This document shows, piece by piece, positions 36,188-45,027 of a DNA stretch of 64,000 nucleotides. Source of the DNA: Thermoplasmata archaeon (lineage in GTDB: Archaea; Thermoplasmatota; E2; JACPAO01; JAHFTW01). Numbering within the stretch: position 1 is the first letter of the stretch; each line of letters begins with the position of its first letter. The stretch covers positions 480,001 through 544,000 of the forward strand of contig JAXDQS010000003.1 of assembly GCA_034667725.1 (NCBI GenBank), read 5' to 3'. The notes beneath the pieces were generated by a model. It was given only the letters and a program-made list of their open reading frames with translations, ran no database searches and was not told the DNA's origin. The position numbers and the translations under genes were made by a program.

Positions 36188-37108
36188 GTGCCCGCCCCCG
36201 TGCCCGCCACGGCCTCCCCTCAAGTCGTGACCTCGACCGACCTCCCCTTCAAGGTGTTCCGCAAGGGCAAGGTGCGCGACGTCTACGACCTCGGCGACCG
36301 CCTCCTCATGGTCGCGACCGACCGCATCAGCGCCTTCGACGTGGTGCTGGAGCCCGGCATCCCCCTCAAGGGCGCCTGCCTGACGCAGATCAGCAACTTC
36401 TGGTTCCACCAACTGCGCGACGAGGTCCCGAACCACCTCGTGGAGACCGACGTCGCCCGCTTCCCCAAGGAACTGCAGCCCTACGCCGCGATGCTCAAGG
36501 GCCGCGCCGTCCTGGTCGAGAAGCTCAAGCCGCTGCCGGTCGAGTGCATCGCCCGCGGCCACATCTCGGGCTCCGGCTGGAAGGAGTACAAGAAGTCCGG
36601 GACCGTGTGCGGCATCAAGCTCCCCCCCGGCCTCCAGGAGTCGCAACGCCTCCCCGAGACCATCTTCACGCCCAGCACCAAGGCGGACGAGGGCCACGAC
36701 GAGAACATCAGCTTCGCGGAGTGCGAGAAGATCGTCGGCAAGCAGACGGCCGCCTGGCTGCGCGACACCACCATCCGCATCTACGAGACGGCCCGCGCCC
36801 ACGCCGCCGAGCGCGGCATCATCATCGCCGACACCAAGTTCGAGTTCGGCACCCGCGCCGACGGCACCATCGTGCTCATGGACGAGATCCTCACCCCCGA
36901 CTCCAGCCGCTTCTGGCCGATGGAGTCGTTCAAGCCTGGCGGCAGCCCGCCCAGCTTCGACAAGCAGTTCCTGCGCGACTGGCTCGAGACCCAGCCCTGG
37001 GACAAGACGCCCCCCGGCCCCCGCCTGCCCCCGCAGGTCGTGGAGGGCACCGCCCAGCGCTACTACGAGGCGTACGAGAAGCTCACGGGCAAGCCGTTCC
37101 GGGTCTAG
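36188..37108 (+). CDS. purC: phosphoribosylaminoimidazolesuccinocarboxamide (SAICAR) synthase
   Basis: GKVRDVY; ATDRISAFD; TPSTKA; ADTKFEFG; DEILTPDSSRFW; SFDKQFLRD. Confidence 0.96.
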   Translation: MPAPVPATASPQVVTSTDLPFKVFRKGKVRDVYDLGDRLLMVATDRISAFDVVLEPGIPLKGACLTQISNFWFHQLRDEVPNHLVETDVARFPKELQPYAAMLKGRAVLVEKLKPLPVECIARGHISGSGWKEYKKSGTVCGIKLPPGLQESQRLPETIFTPSTKADEGHDENISFAECEKIVGKQTAAWLRDTTIRIYETARAHAAERGIIIADTKFEFGTRADGTIVLMDEILTPDSSRFWPMESFKPGGSPPSFDKQFLRDWLETQPWDKTPPGPRLPPQVVEGTAQRYYEAYEKLTGKPFRV

Positions 37109-37161
37109 GGTTCAAGCCGCTCTTCAACGTGCTTATAACGGCCCCAAGAATCGAAACCACG

Positions 37162-37509
37162 ATGCGCATCCCGGTCGCCGACCGCCTCCTCGCGGTCGTG
37201 GGCTACCTTCCGTTCCTGTTCTGGGTTCCGGTGGTCCTGAAGCGCGACTCGATGTTCTGCCAGTTCCACGGCCGGCAGGGCGGCGTCCTGTGGGCGCTCT
37301 GGTTCGTCCCGGTCTTCCTCATGCTGGTGGTGTCGGTCTTCGTGCCCGACCTCACCGTCGGCTCGGTGGGCCCGTTCTACTTCGGCGCCATGATGGTACT
37401 CACGGGCATCTACCTCCTGCTGGTGCTGGTCGGCGTCCTCAAGGCGCTGCTGCGCGAGCGGTACAGGATGCCGATCGTGGCGGACCTTGCGTTGAAGATG
37501 GGCTTGTAG
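37162..37509 (+). CDS. DUF4870/Tic20-like small membrane protein
   Basis: GYLPFLFWVP...FCQFHGRQG...YRMPIV; CTTATAA box about 24 nt upstream. Confidence 0.75.
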   Translation: MRIPVADRLLAVVGYLPFLFWVPVVLKRDSMFCQFHGRQGGVLWALWFVPVFLMLVVSVFVPDLTVGSVGPFYFGAMMVLTGIYLLLVLVGVLKALLRERYRMPIVADLALKMGL

Positions 37510-37746
37510 CCGCGTGATGGAGGGCCGCAGCGCAGCGGAGGCCCCCTCCCTAGCAACATGCCGGCTGGGTTCGCAGCCGACAGGATGCCCATCGTGGCGG
37601 ACCTTGCGTTGAAGATGGGCTTGTAGCCGCGTGATGGAGGGCCGCAGCGCAGCGGAGGCCCTCCCTGGCAACATGCCGGCTGGGTTCGCAGCCGACAGGA
37701 TGCCGATCGTGGCCGACCTCGCCCTGAAGATGGGCCTGGAGCCCGT
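37463..37746 (+). repeat. tandem repeat, 2.4 units of 115-117 bp: gene 3' end (47 bp) plus ~70-bp double-hairpin element
   Basis: acaggatgcc..atcgtggc.gacct.gc..tgaagatgggc at 37463, 37580 and 37695. Confidence 0.92.
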
Positions 37747-37797
37747 CTGGCGGCTTTGGCAAACCTTATGGAAGCGCCCTAGGCATCGTCGTCGTCC

Positions 37798-38871
37798 ATG
37801 AAGGCCGTCCCCGTGCTGCTCCTGCTGCTGGCCACGACCTTCAGCGGCTGCCTCGGCGGCGAGGCGCGCACCGAGTGGGCCTTCGAGGTCACCCAGCTTG
37901 CCACCTTGGCCGACCAGGGCCGCAGCGGCAAGGGCGTGGTGGTGGCCATCCTCGACACCGGCATCAACCGCGAGCACGCCGCGCTGGAGCACCTGTTCGA
38001 CGGCGACCTGGAGAACGGCGAGGTCACCCACTTCCAGGACTTCCTGGGCACCGACCAAGGCCCCGCCAAAGCGTTCGACCGGGACGGCCACGGTTCGCAC
38101 GTGGCGGGCGTCCTGGCCGCCTCCGGCAGCACCCTCGGCGACAAGCTGGTCTACGGCGGCGTCGACCTGCGCGGCGGCGCCCCCGGCATCCGGCTCATGG
38201 TCGCGCGGGTGTGCGGCGAGGCCGCCTGCGACGGCAACGCCATCGTGCGCGCCGTCGACTGGGCCGCCGCCAACGGCGCCCAGGTCCTGTCGTTGAGCCT
38301 GGGCCGCCAGGCCAGCAGCTCGGTCCTGCCCGTCCAGCTCCAGGACGCGATGGAGTCCGCCATCAACCGCGCCATCGACCGCGGCATCGTGGTGGTCGCC
38401 TCCGCCGGCAACGACGGCCCGGGCAACACCGACGTCGGCAGCCCCGCCAGCATCCCGCGCGTCATCGCGGTCGGTGCCATCCAGGAGGACGGCAGCGTGT
38501 GGGCGTCCTCCAGCCGGGGCGACGACGCCACCAACCCGTGCCGCACCATCCCCGTCGTGGGATCGCAGGGCCGCTGCAAGCCCAACCAGAAGCCCGAGCT
38601 GGTCGCCCCCGGCGTCGACATCCTGTCGTCCTGGACCGACGACTCCTACGCCCGCGCCTCCGGCACCAGCCAGGCCACGCCGTTCGTGACCGCCGCCGTC
38701 GCCCTCATGCTGGAAGGCCACGGCCGCCTCACCGACGCCGACGACGTGGCCCGCGTCAAGAAGGTCCTCGTCGACACCGCCCAGCCGGTCGCCGACCAGG
38801 CCATGCCGCACGACGAAGGGGCCGGCTACGGCCTCGTGCAGGCGCTCGCGGCGGTCAACGCCTACCGTTAG
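37798..38871 (+). CDS. S8 subtilisin-like serine protease, lipoprotein
   Basis: FSGC lipobox; ILDTG; HGSHVAG; SAGN; GTSQATP. Confidence 0.92.
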   Translation: MKAVPVLLLLLATTFSGCLGGEARTEWAFEVTQLATLADQGRSGKGVVVAILDTGINREHAALEHLFDGDLENGEVTHFQDFLGTDQGPAKAFDRDGHGSHVAGVLAASGSTLGDKLVYGGVDLRGGAPGIRLMVARVCGEAACDGNAIVRAVDWAAANGAQVLSLSLGRQASSSVLPVQLQDAMESAINRAIDRGIVVVASAGNDGPGNTDVGSPASIPRVIAVGAIQEDGSVWASSSRGDDATNPCRTIPVVGSQGRCKPNQKPELVAPGVDILSSWTDDSYARASGTSQATPFVTAAVALMLEGHGRLTDADDVARVKKVLVDTAQPVADQAMPHDEGAGYGLVQALAAVNAYR

Positions 38872-39809
38872 CCGCCGTGCGGGCCTTGGGTCTCCAGCCA
38901 CCGCTCCGCGTCGATGGCCGCCTTGCAGCCCGAGCCGGCCGCCGTGATGGCCTGCTTGTAGCGGTGGTCGTAGACGTCGCCGGCCACGAACACGCCCTCC
39001 ACCGAAGTGTAGGTGTCGTACTGGCCCTCCTGCACGATGTAGCCGCCCTCATCGAGGCGCAGCTGGCCCCGGAACAGCCCCGTGTTGGGCACGTGGCCGA
39101 TGGCGCTGAAGTAGCCCTGCGTCGCCATCTCCTCGGCCTTGCCCGTCGCCAGGCTGCGGATGCGGACGCCCGTGACCGACTCGGTGCCCAAGAGCTCCTC
39201 GATGACGGTGTTCCACAGGATGCGAATCTTGGGGTGCTCCATGGCGCGGGCGGCCATGATCTTGGAGGCGCGGAACGAGTCGCGGCGGTGGATGATGGTG
39301 ACCTTGGTGGCGAACTTGGTCAAGAACAGCGCCTCCTCCATCGCCGAGTCGCCGCCGCCCACCACCACGACCTCCTTCTCCTTGAAGAAGAAGCCATCGC
39401 AGGTGGCGCACGCGGACACGCCCTTGCCGCGCAGCCGGGTCTCGGACGGGAGGCCCAGCCACTTCGCGGTGCTGCCGGTGGCCACGATGACGGCGCGCGC
39501 CTCGTGCGTCCCCGAGCTGCTCGTGACCTTGAAGGGGCGGTGCATGAAGTCGACGGCGGTGGCGTCCTCGTCGCGGAACTCCGCCCCGAAGCGGATCGCC
39601 TGCTTGCGCATCTGCTCCATCAGGTTGGGCCCGGTGACGGCGTGCTCGAAGCCCGGGAAGTTCTCCACGTCGGAGGTGATCATGAGCTGCCCGCCCGCCT
39701 CGAAGCCGGCCACCACCAGGGTCTTGAGGTTGGCGCGGGCCGCGTAGATGGCGGCGGTGCAGCCGGCGGGTCCGGAGCCGATGATGAGGATGTCCCAGGG
39801 CTTCTGCAC
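38868..39809 (-). CDS. trxB: thioredoxin-disulfide reductase
   Basis: IIGSGPAG; GGQL; VENFPG; CATCDG; GGGDSAMEEA; HRRD; GVFVAGD. Confidence 0.96.
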   Translation of the reverse strand: MQKPWDILIIGSGPAGCTAAIYAARANLKTLVVAGFEAGGQLMITSDVENFPGFEHAVTGPNLMEQMRKQAIRFGAEFRDEDATAVDFMHRPFKVTSSSGTHEARAVIVATGSTAKWLGLPSETRLRGKGVSACATCDGFFFKEKEVVVVGGGDSAMEEALFLTKFATKVTIIHRRDSFRASKIMAARAMEHPKIRILWNTVIEELLGTESVTGVRIRSLATGKAEEMATQGYFSAIGHVPNTGLFRGQLRLDEGGYIVQEGQYDTYTSVEGVFVAGDVYDHRYKQAITAAGSGCKAAIDAERWLETQGPHGG

Positions 39810-39869
39810 GGTCGGCGCCACCGGAGGCGGCTTGATGGGCGTTGGGGTTGGTTTGGGCCTGGGGGCCAA

Positions 39870-39929
39870 ACCACGGATCGCACGGATTTCACGGAAACCT
39901 TCGTCCGTGGAATCCGTGCGATCCGTGGT
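39870..39929. repeat. second copy of the 9-bp-unit palindromic element
   Basis: accacggatcgcacggatttcacgga-aaccttcg-tccgtggaatccgtgcgatccgtggt. Confidence 0.9.
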
Positions 39930-39991
39930 CGGACCCGCTGGGCGCAGCCCACGCGGTGTCCTCAAGAACACGCCCCCGCCTCCCCGTCCGC

Positions 39992-42079
39992 TTGAAGCCG
40001 CCCATCTACATCGGGGTCGCCTGGCCGTACGCCAACGGCCCCCTGCACCTCGGCCACGTCGCCGGCTCGCTGCTGCCGCCGGACATCTTCCGCCGCGCCA
40101 TGCGGATGATGGGCCACGACGTGCTGATGGTCTCCGGCTCCGACTGCCACGGCACGCCCATCATGATCCAGGCCGAGAAGGCAGGGACGACCCCGGCCGA
40201 GGTGGTGGCGCACTTCCACGCCGACCATGTCCGGGCCTTGGAGCGGCTGGGCGTCGGCTTCGACCTGTTCACGACCACGACGACGCCGAACCACCGCGAC
40301 TGGGTGCAGCAGGTGTTCTTGGCGTGCCGCGAGATGGGCTACATCGAGAAGCGCACCTCGGCGGCGCCGTTCGACGCGATGGCCAACCGGTTCCTGCCCG
40401 ACCGCTACGTCGAGGGCACCTGCCCGCACTGCGGCGACAAGGGGGCCCGGGGCGACCAGTGCGACGCCTGCGGCAAGACGCTGGACCCGAAGGACCTGCA
40501 GAACCCGCGCAGCAAGCTCGACCCGACGCACCCCGTCACGTTCCGCGACACCGAGCACTTCTTCTTCCTGCTGTCGAAGCTGCAGCCGGCGCTGGAGAAG
40601 TACGTGGCGCGCACGGGCGGCCATTGGCGCTCCAACACCATCCACTTCACGCAGAACTGGCTGAAGGAGGGCTTGCAGGACCGGGCCATCACGCGCGATT
40701 TGACCTGGGGCATCCCGATCCCCGAGGCGGGCTACGACGACAAGCGCATCTACGTCTGGTTCGAGGCGGTGTGCGGCTACCTGACGGCGAGCATCGAGTG
40801 GGCGGCCCGCAGCGGCAAGCCGGACGCCTGGAAGCGCTACTGGACCGACCCCGCCGCGAAGGCGTACTACTTCCTCGGCAAGGACAACATCCCGTTCCAC
40901 ACCATCATCTGGCCCGCCATCCTGCTCGCGTTCAACGAGGCGCGGGCGAAGAAGGGCGAGAAGCCGCTGAACCTGCCGTTCGACGTGCCCGCCAACGAGT
41001 TCCTCAACCTCTCCGGCCTCAAGTTCTCCAAGTCGCAAGGCGTCGGCATCGGCGTCCACGAGGTGCTCGACCGCTTCCAGCCGGACGCCGTGCGCTACTA
41101 CCTCAGCATCAACATGCCCGAGGGCAAGGACGCCGACTGGACCTGGGAGGACTTCGGCAGCAAGGTCAACGACGAACTCGTCGGCACCCTGGGCAACCTG
41201 TTCCACCGCGTGCTGTCGTTCACCCACAAGAACGTCGGCCGCATCCCCAACGACCCCGAGCCGCACGACAAGCTGGACGCCAAGGTGCGCGAGGCCATCG
41301 CGGCCACCGGCGAGGAGCTGGCCCTCCACCTCTCGACCGTCAACCTCCGCAAGGGGATGCGACGCGTGATGGAGCTCGCCATCCAGGGCAACCAGTGGAT
41401 GCAGGAGGCGCAGCCGTGGGCCCGCTTCAAGACCCACCGCGAGGAGGCCGAGGACAACCTGCACTCGCTGCTTCGCCTGTGCAAGGCGCTCGCCGTCTAC
41501 ATGGCGCCCTACCTGCCGCACGCCGCCGAGGAGGCCTGGCGGATGCTCGGCGAGCAGGGCAGCGTCCACGCCCAGCCGTGGTCCGCCGCCCAGGCGCCGC
41601 TCCAGGCCGGCCAGGCGCTCCAGGAGCCCAAGGCGCTGTTCGTCAAGCTGGAGCCCGAACTGGTCGCGCAACTGGCCGGGCCTGCGCCCGCCGCCGCGCC
41701 CACGGCCGCCAAGGCCCCGCCGAAGCCCACCGCCATCGCGACCCCGCCGCACGGCACCGTGACCATCGACGACTTCGCCCGGCTGCACATCCGGCTCGCC
41801 AAGGTGGTCGCCGTCGAGGACCACCCGAAGGCGGACAAGCTCTACGTGCTCCGCCTCGACGCGGGGGAGCTGGGCCCGCGCCAAGTGGTCGCCGGCCTCA
41901 AGGCGCACTACAAGCCCGAGGAGCTCGTGGGCAAGACCGTCGCGTTCCTGGCCAACCTCCAGCCCGCCATGCTGCGCGGCGTCGAGTCGCAAGGCATGGT
42001 GCTGGCCGCCGACGACGGCACCCTCGTGGGCGTGCTGCGGCCCGACCGCGAGCTTCCCGCCGGCTCGAAGGTGCGGTAG
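39992..42079 (+). CDS. metG: methionine--tRNA ligase with C-terminal tRNA-binding domain
   Basis: WPYANGPLHLGH; Zn knuckles CPHC/CDAC; YVWFEA; GKDNIPFH; KFSKS; HPKADKL...GVESQGM; TTG start. Confidence 0.96.
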   Translation: MKPPIYIGVAWPYANGPLHLGHVAGSLLPPDIFRRAMRMMGHDVLMVSGSDCHGTPIMIQAEKAGTTPAEVVAHFHADHVRALERLGVGFDLFTTTTTPNHRDWVQQVFLACREMGYIEKRTSAAPFDAMANRFLPDRYVEGTCPHCGDKGARGDQCDACGKTLDPKDLQNPRSKLDPTHPVTFRDTEHFFFLLSKLQPALEKYVARTGGHWRSNTIHFTQNWLKEGLQDRAITRDLTWGIPIPEAGYDDKRIYVWFEAVCGYLTASIEWAARSGKPDAWKRYWTDPAAKAYYFLGKDNIPFHTIIWPAILLAFNEARAKKGEKPLNLPFDVPANEFLNLSGLKFSKSQGVGIGVHEVLDRFQPDAVRYYLSINMPEGKDADWTWEDFGSKVNDELVGTLGNLFHRVLSFTHKNVGRIPNDPEPHDKLDAKVREAIAATGEELALHLSTVNLRKGMRRVMELAIQGNQWMQEAQPWARFKTHREEAEDNLHSLLRLCKALAVYMAPYLPHAAEEAWRMLGEQGSVHAQPWSAAQAPLQAGQALQEPKALFVKLEPELVAQLAGPAPAAAPTAAKAPPKPTAIATPPHGTVTIDDFARLHIRLAKVVAVEDHPKADKLYVLRLDAGELGPRQVVAGLKAHYKPEELVGKTVAFLANLQPAMLRGVESQGMVLAADDGTLVGVLRPDRELPAGSKVR

Positions 42080-42129
42080 CCGCCGAACCCGCTCGCAGCC
42101 TCTTTGAGCACGCAGGCGCATCGACGGGC

Positions 42130-42600
42130 GTGCGGCTGCTTGCCCTCCTCGCCCTCGGCCTGTTCCTGCTGCCCGGATGCACGACCGACGAGGACGTCAG
42201 CGACGCCCAGAAGCTCCTGGACCAAGCCAAGCTGGCGACCGGCCAAGGCACCGAGGACGTCCAGTTCACCATGAACGTCACGGCCGCCGCCATCGTGCCC
42301 GGCCGCTGCTTCGACGGCGCCACCTCCTTCGGCGACGAGTGCCACCTCCTCGACGTCACCCTCAACCTGACCAAGGCCAAGCGCGACCTCGACCTCTGGC
42401 ACGGTTGGAGGGGCTTCACCCAGGCCGGCCTTGGCATCCCCAGCTTCGCCGAGGGCGGCCAGGTCGCCGCCGCCGGGCGCATCGTGCAGGTGCAGATGCG
42501 CTTCGAGATGGACGCGGGCACCGCCGAACGCCTGGTGGAGCTGCAGCACAAGGGGGACTGGGGGCCGACGTACACCACGGCCGCGGTGCCCGCCTACTGA
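42130..42600 (+). CDS. hypothetical lipoprotein
   Basis: LFLLPGC lipobox-like signal; GC3-rich frame. Confidence 0.7.
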   Translation: MRLLALLALGLFLLPGCTTDEDVSDAQKLLDQAKLATGQGTEDVQFTMNVTAAAIVPGRCFDGATSFGDECHLLDVTLNLTKAKRDLDLWHGWRGFTQAGLGIPSFAEGGQVAAAGRIVQVQMRFEMDAGTAERLVELQHKGDWGPTYTTAAVPAY

Positions 42601-42611
42601 TCCAACTAGGG

Positions 42612-43265
42612 TCAAAGGCACGACTGGACGTGCCGCACGCTCGCCGCGACGCTGCGCGCCGCCGCCTCGCCCTCGACGCTGGGCCCATGCCCGCAGTGCA
42701 GCGCCCGCACCGGCAGCTTGCCCAGGCGCAGGATGCTCTCCGCCTCCAGCCTCAGCTCGGAGTCGGGGAAGTCGAAGCGCCCGATGCCGCCCTCCGCGAA
42801 CAGGGTGTCGCCCGAGAACAGCGTGCCCGTGCCTTCGTGCCAGTAGCACGCGCTGCCAGGGCAGTGGCCGGGCGTCTCCAGCACGCTGAACGCGGCGCCG
42901 CCCAGCTCGATCGAGTCGCCGTCGCCCACCACGTCGTCCACCAGAATCTGGACGATACGGCCGCCGAACATCTCGGAGGTCGGGTCGCGGCCCTCCGCGA
43001 GCTTCATGGCGGCGCGGCGGCTGGCCACGACGCGGGCCCCCAGCGCCTTGTAATGCGGGAGGCCGTTGACATGGTCCAGGTGCTCGTGCGTGACCGCCAC
43101 GCTGCGGACGCGCTTCGGGTCGGTGACAGCGCGCACCTCCTCCAGCACGCGCGCGAAGTCGAGGCCATGGCCGGCGTCCACCATGTCGAAGGCGTTCGAC
43201 TTCGGGTCCTTGACGAGGAACTGGTTGCAGTCCCAGCCGCGGCCGCCCAAGCGCAACACCTTCAT
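42612..43265 (-). CDS. metallo-beta-lactamase fold hydrolase
   Basis: THEHLDH; TPGH; SGDTLF; GHG. Confidence 0.92.
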   Translation of the reverse strand: MKVLRLGGRGWDCNQFLVKDPKSNAFDMVDAGHGLDFARVLEEVRAVTDPKRVRSVAVTHEHLDHVNGLPHYKALGARVVASRRAAMKLAEGRDPTSEMFGGRIVQILVDDVVGDGDSIELGGAAFSVLETPGHCPGSACYWHEGTGTLFSGDTLFAEGGIGRFDFPDSELRLEAESILRLGKLPVRALHCGHGPSVEGEAAARSVAASVRHVQSCL

Positions 43266-44359
43266 GGCGCCGCCTCCGCCGTGGGCGCCAGCGTCGCCGC
43301 CCGGTCGGCCGCGCGCGCGATGGCGTCGAGCACGCCGCCCGCGGGCGCCAGCAGGCGCGCGGGGACGGCGGCGTGCGCGAACCCTTCCGCCAGGCCGAGG
43401 CGCTCCATGGCCGCGAACGCGCCGCCGTGCAGGTCGGCGTGGGCGCGCCGGGCCTGCGCCGCGATGGCGGGGAACGGCTCGGGGCCGCCCGCCCGCAGCG
43501 CCTCGCCGACGGCGGCGACCGCCGTGCGGCCGGCGGCGAGGGCCGCGCCCGTCGCGCGCACCAGCTCGCGCGCAAGCGGCGGCGTGTCCGGGAGGGCCAT
43601 GCGGCGGGCCAGCTCCTGCGGCGGGTAGGCCAAATCGGCGCGCGCGACGCCGTGGCCTTCGAGGACCGCCTCGGCGACCGCCATGGCCTTGCGGCCGGCG
43701 TCGTGCAGCTCGGCGGCCATGAGGTCCAGCAACTGGAAGTCGCTGACGTTCTCCAGCGGCAGCTCGAGGGTGGCGACCAGGCGCAGGGCTTGCAGGTAGA
43801 GGCGGGACAGGTCCTCCTCGTGCATGGCCACCAGGATGCGGGCGTCCTGGGCGACGCGCTCGGGGTGGGCGCCGTAGGCCTCGACGCAGTCGGCGGCCAG
43901 CTCCAGCATGTCGCCGAGGCGGGACGCCATCATCTGCAGCAGGTCGGTGCCGCTGCTGAACGGCGCGGGCAGGTTGTTCTGGAGGCGGAACCCGATGGCC
44001 GCGGGCGCGACCCGGGCCTGGATGCGCTCGTCGAGGTGGCGCAGGAACTCGCGGGCGGCGGCGACGCAGTCGGGCCCGAACTTGCCGGCGGCCGGCGCGA
44101 GCGACAGCTCGTTGGCGCCGCGGACGTAGCCCGCCGCCAGCCGCGCGCACACGGCCTTCGGGTCGGCGGGCGTCGTGGCCTGGTAGCGGCGCTCGCGCAC
44201 GACGGGGACCACCAGCAGGCTGCCGCCGATGACGTGCAGGTCCACCTCGCGGCCCTTCTGCTGCTCCGGGTCCCAGCCGTCGATCCACTTCTTGGGCAGG
44301 TAGATCGAGTACGCGCCGCTGCCGACCTGGGTGACCCGCTTGCGCTTCAGGGCCTGCAC
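43262..44359 (-). CDS. AbrB-like/PhoU-like regulator (archaeal phosphate uptake regulator type)
   Basis: RVTQVGSGAYSIYLPKKW (AbrB-like); AGYVRG; helical C-terminal region. Confidence 0.7.
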   Translation of the reverse strand: MQALKRKRVTQVGSGAYSIYLPKKWIDGWDPEQQKGREVDLHVIGGSLLVVPVVRERRYQATTPADPKAVCARLAAGYVRGANELSLAPAAGKFGPDCVAAAREFLRHLDERIQARVAPAAIGFRLQNNLPAPFSSGTDLLQMMASRLGDMLELAADCVEAYGAHPERVAQDARILVAMHEEDLSRLYLQALRLVATLELPLENVSDFQLLDLMAAELHDAGRKAMAVAEAVLEGHGVARADLAYPPQELARRMALPDTPPLARELVRATGAALAAGRTAVAAVGEALRAGGPEPFPAIAAQARRAHADLHGGAFAAMERLGLAEGFAHAAVPARLLAPAGGVLDAIARAADRAATLAPTAEAAP

Positions 44360-44406
44360 GCCTTTGCCATGGGCGGCGCCATTTAGGAGCCCGCCTATGC
44401 CGCCCC

Positions 44407-45027
44407 ATGGACAAGGACGCGGCCGAGGCCTACCTGCAACGCCTCGCACCCTCGAAGGGCGTGTTGGCGCAGATGCAGGCCCGCGGCGAGGGCGCCGGCT
44501 TCCCCATCATCGGGCCACTTGTGGGATCCCTGTGCGCCCAATGGGCCCAAGCCGTCGGGGCCCGCCGGGTGTTCGAGATGGGCTCCGGCTTCGGCTACTC
44601 CACCGCGTTCTTCGCCAAGGCGGTCGGGCCGGAGGGCGTCGTCGTCCACACCGAGGACTCCGACGAACTGCAGGCCGAGGCGAAGGAGTGGCTGGGCCGG
44701 CTGCGGCTCAGGTCCCGCGTCGAGTTCGAGCCGGGCAACGCCATCGAGACGCTGCGCCGCCGCAAGGGCGCCTGGGACGTGGTGTTCATCGACATCGAGA
44801 AGGAGGACTACCCCCAAGCATGGGAGGTCGCGCGCCACCGCGTCCGCACAGGCGGCGTCATCGTGACCGACAACACGCTCTGGCAAGGCAAGGTGTGGGA
44901 CCCGAAGGCGAAGGACGCCCAGACCCGTGGCGTGCGGGAATACACCCGGCTGGCGTTCGAGGACGAAGGGTTCGCGACCACGATCGTGCCGTTGCGGGAC
45001 GGGGTGGCGGTGTCGTTGCGGCTCTAG
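44407..45027 (+). CDS. O-methyltransferase
   Basis: FEMGSGFGYS; VFIDIEKEDY; GGVIVTDNTLW. Confidence 0.9.
   Translation: MDKDAAEAYLQRLAPSKGVLAQMQARGEGAGFPIIGPLVGSLCAQWAQAVGARRVFEMGSGFGYSTAFFAKAVGPEGVVVHTEDSDELQAEAKEWLGRLRLRSRVEFEPGNAIETLRRRKGAWDVVFIDIEKEDYPQAWEVARHRVRTGGVIVTDNTLWQGKVWDPKAKDAQTRGVREYTRLAFEDEGFATTIVPLRDGVAVSLRL

Noticed and set aside
37463-37746. Possible CRISPR array
   Set aside because: The spacers are near-identical to each other, the repeat is a coding gene tail, and no cas genes are present
39810-39991. N-terminal extensions of trxB and metG in the ORF track
   Set aside because: They merely read through the palindromic repeat; homology and promoter-like boxes support starts at 39809 and 39992
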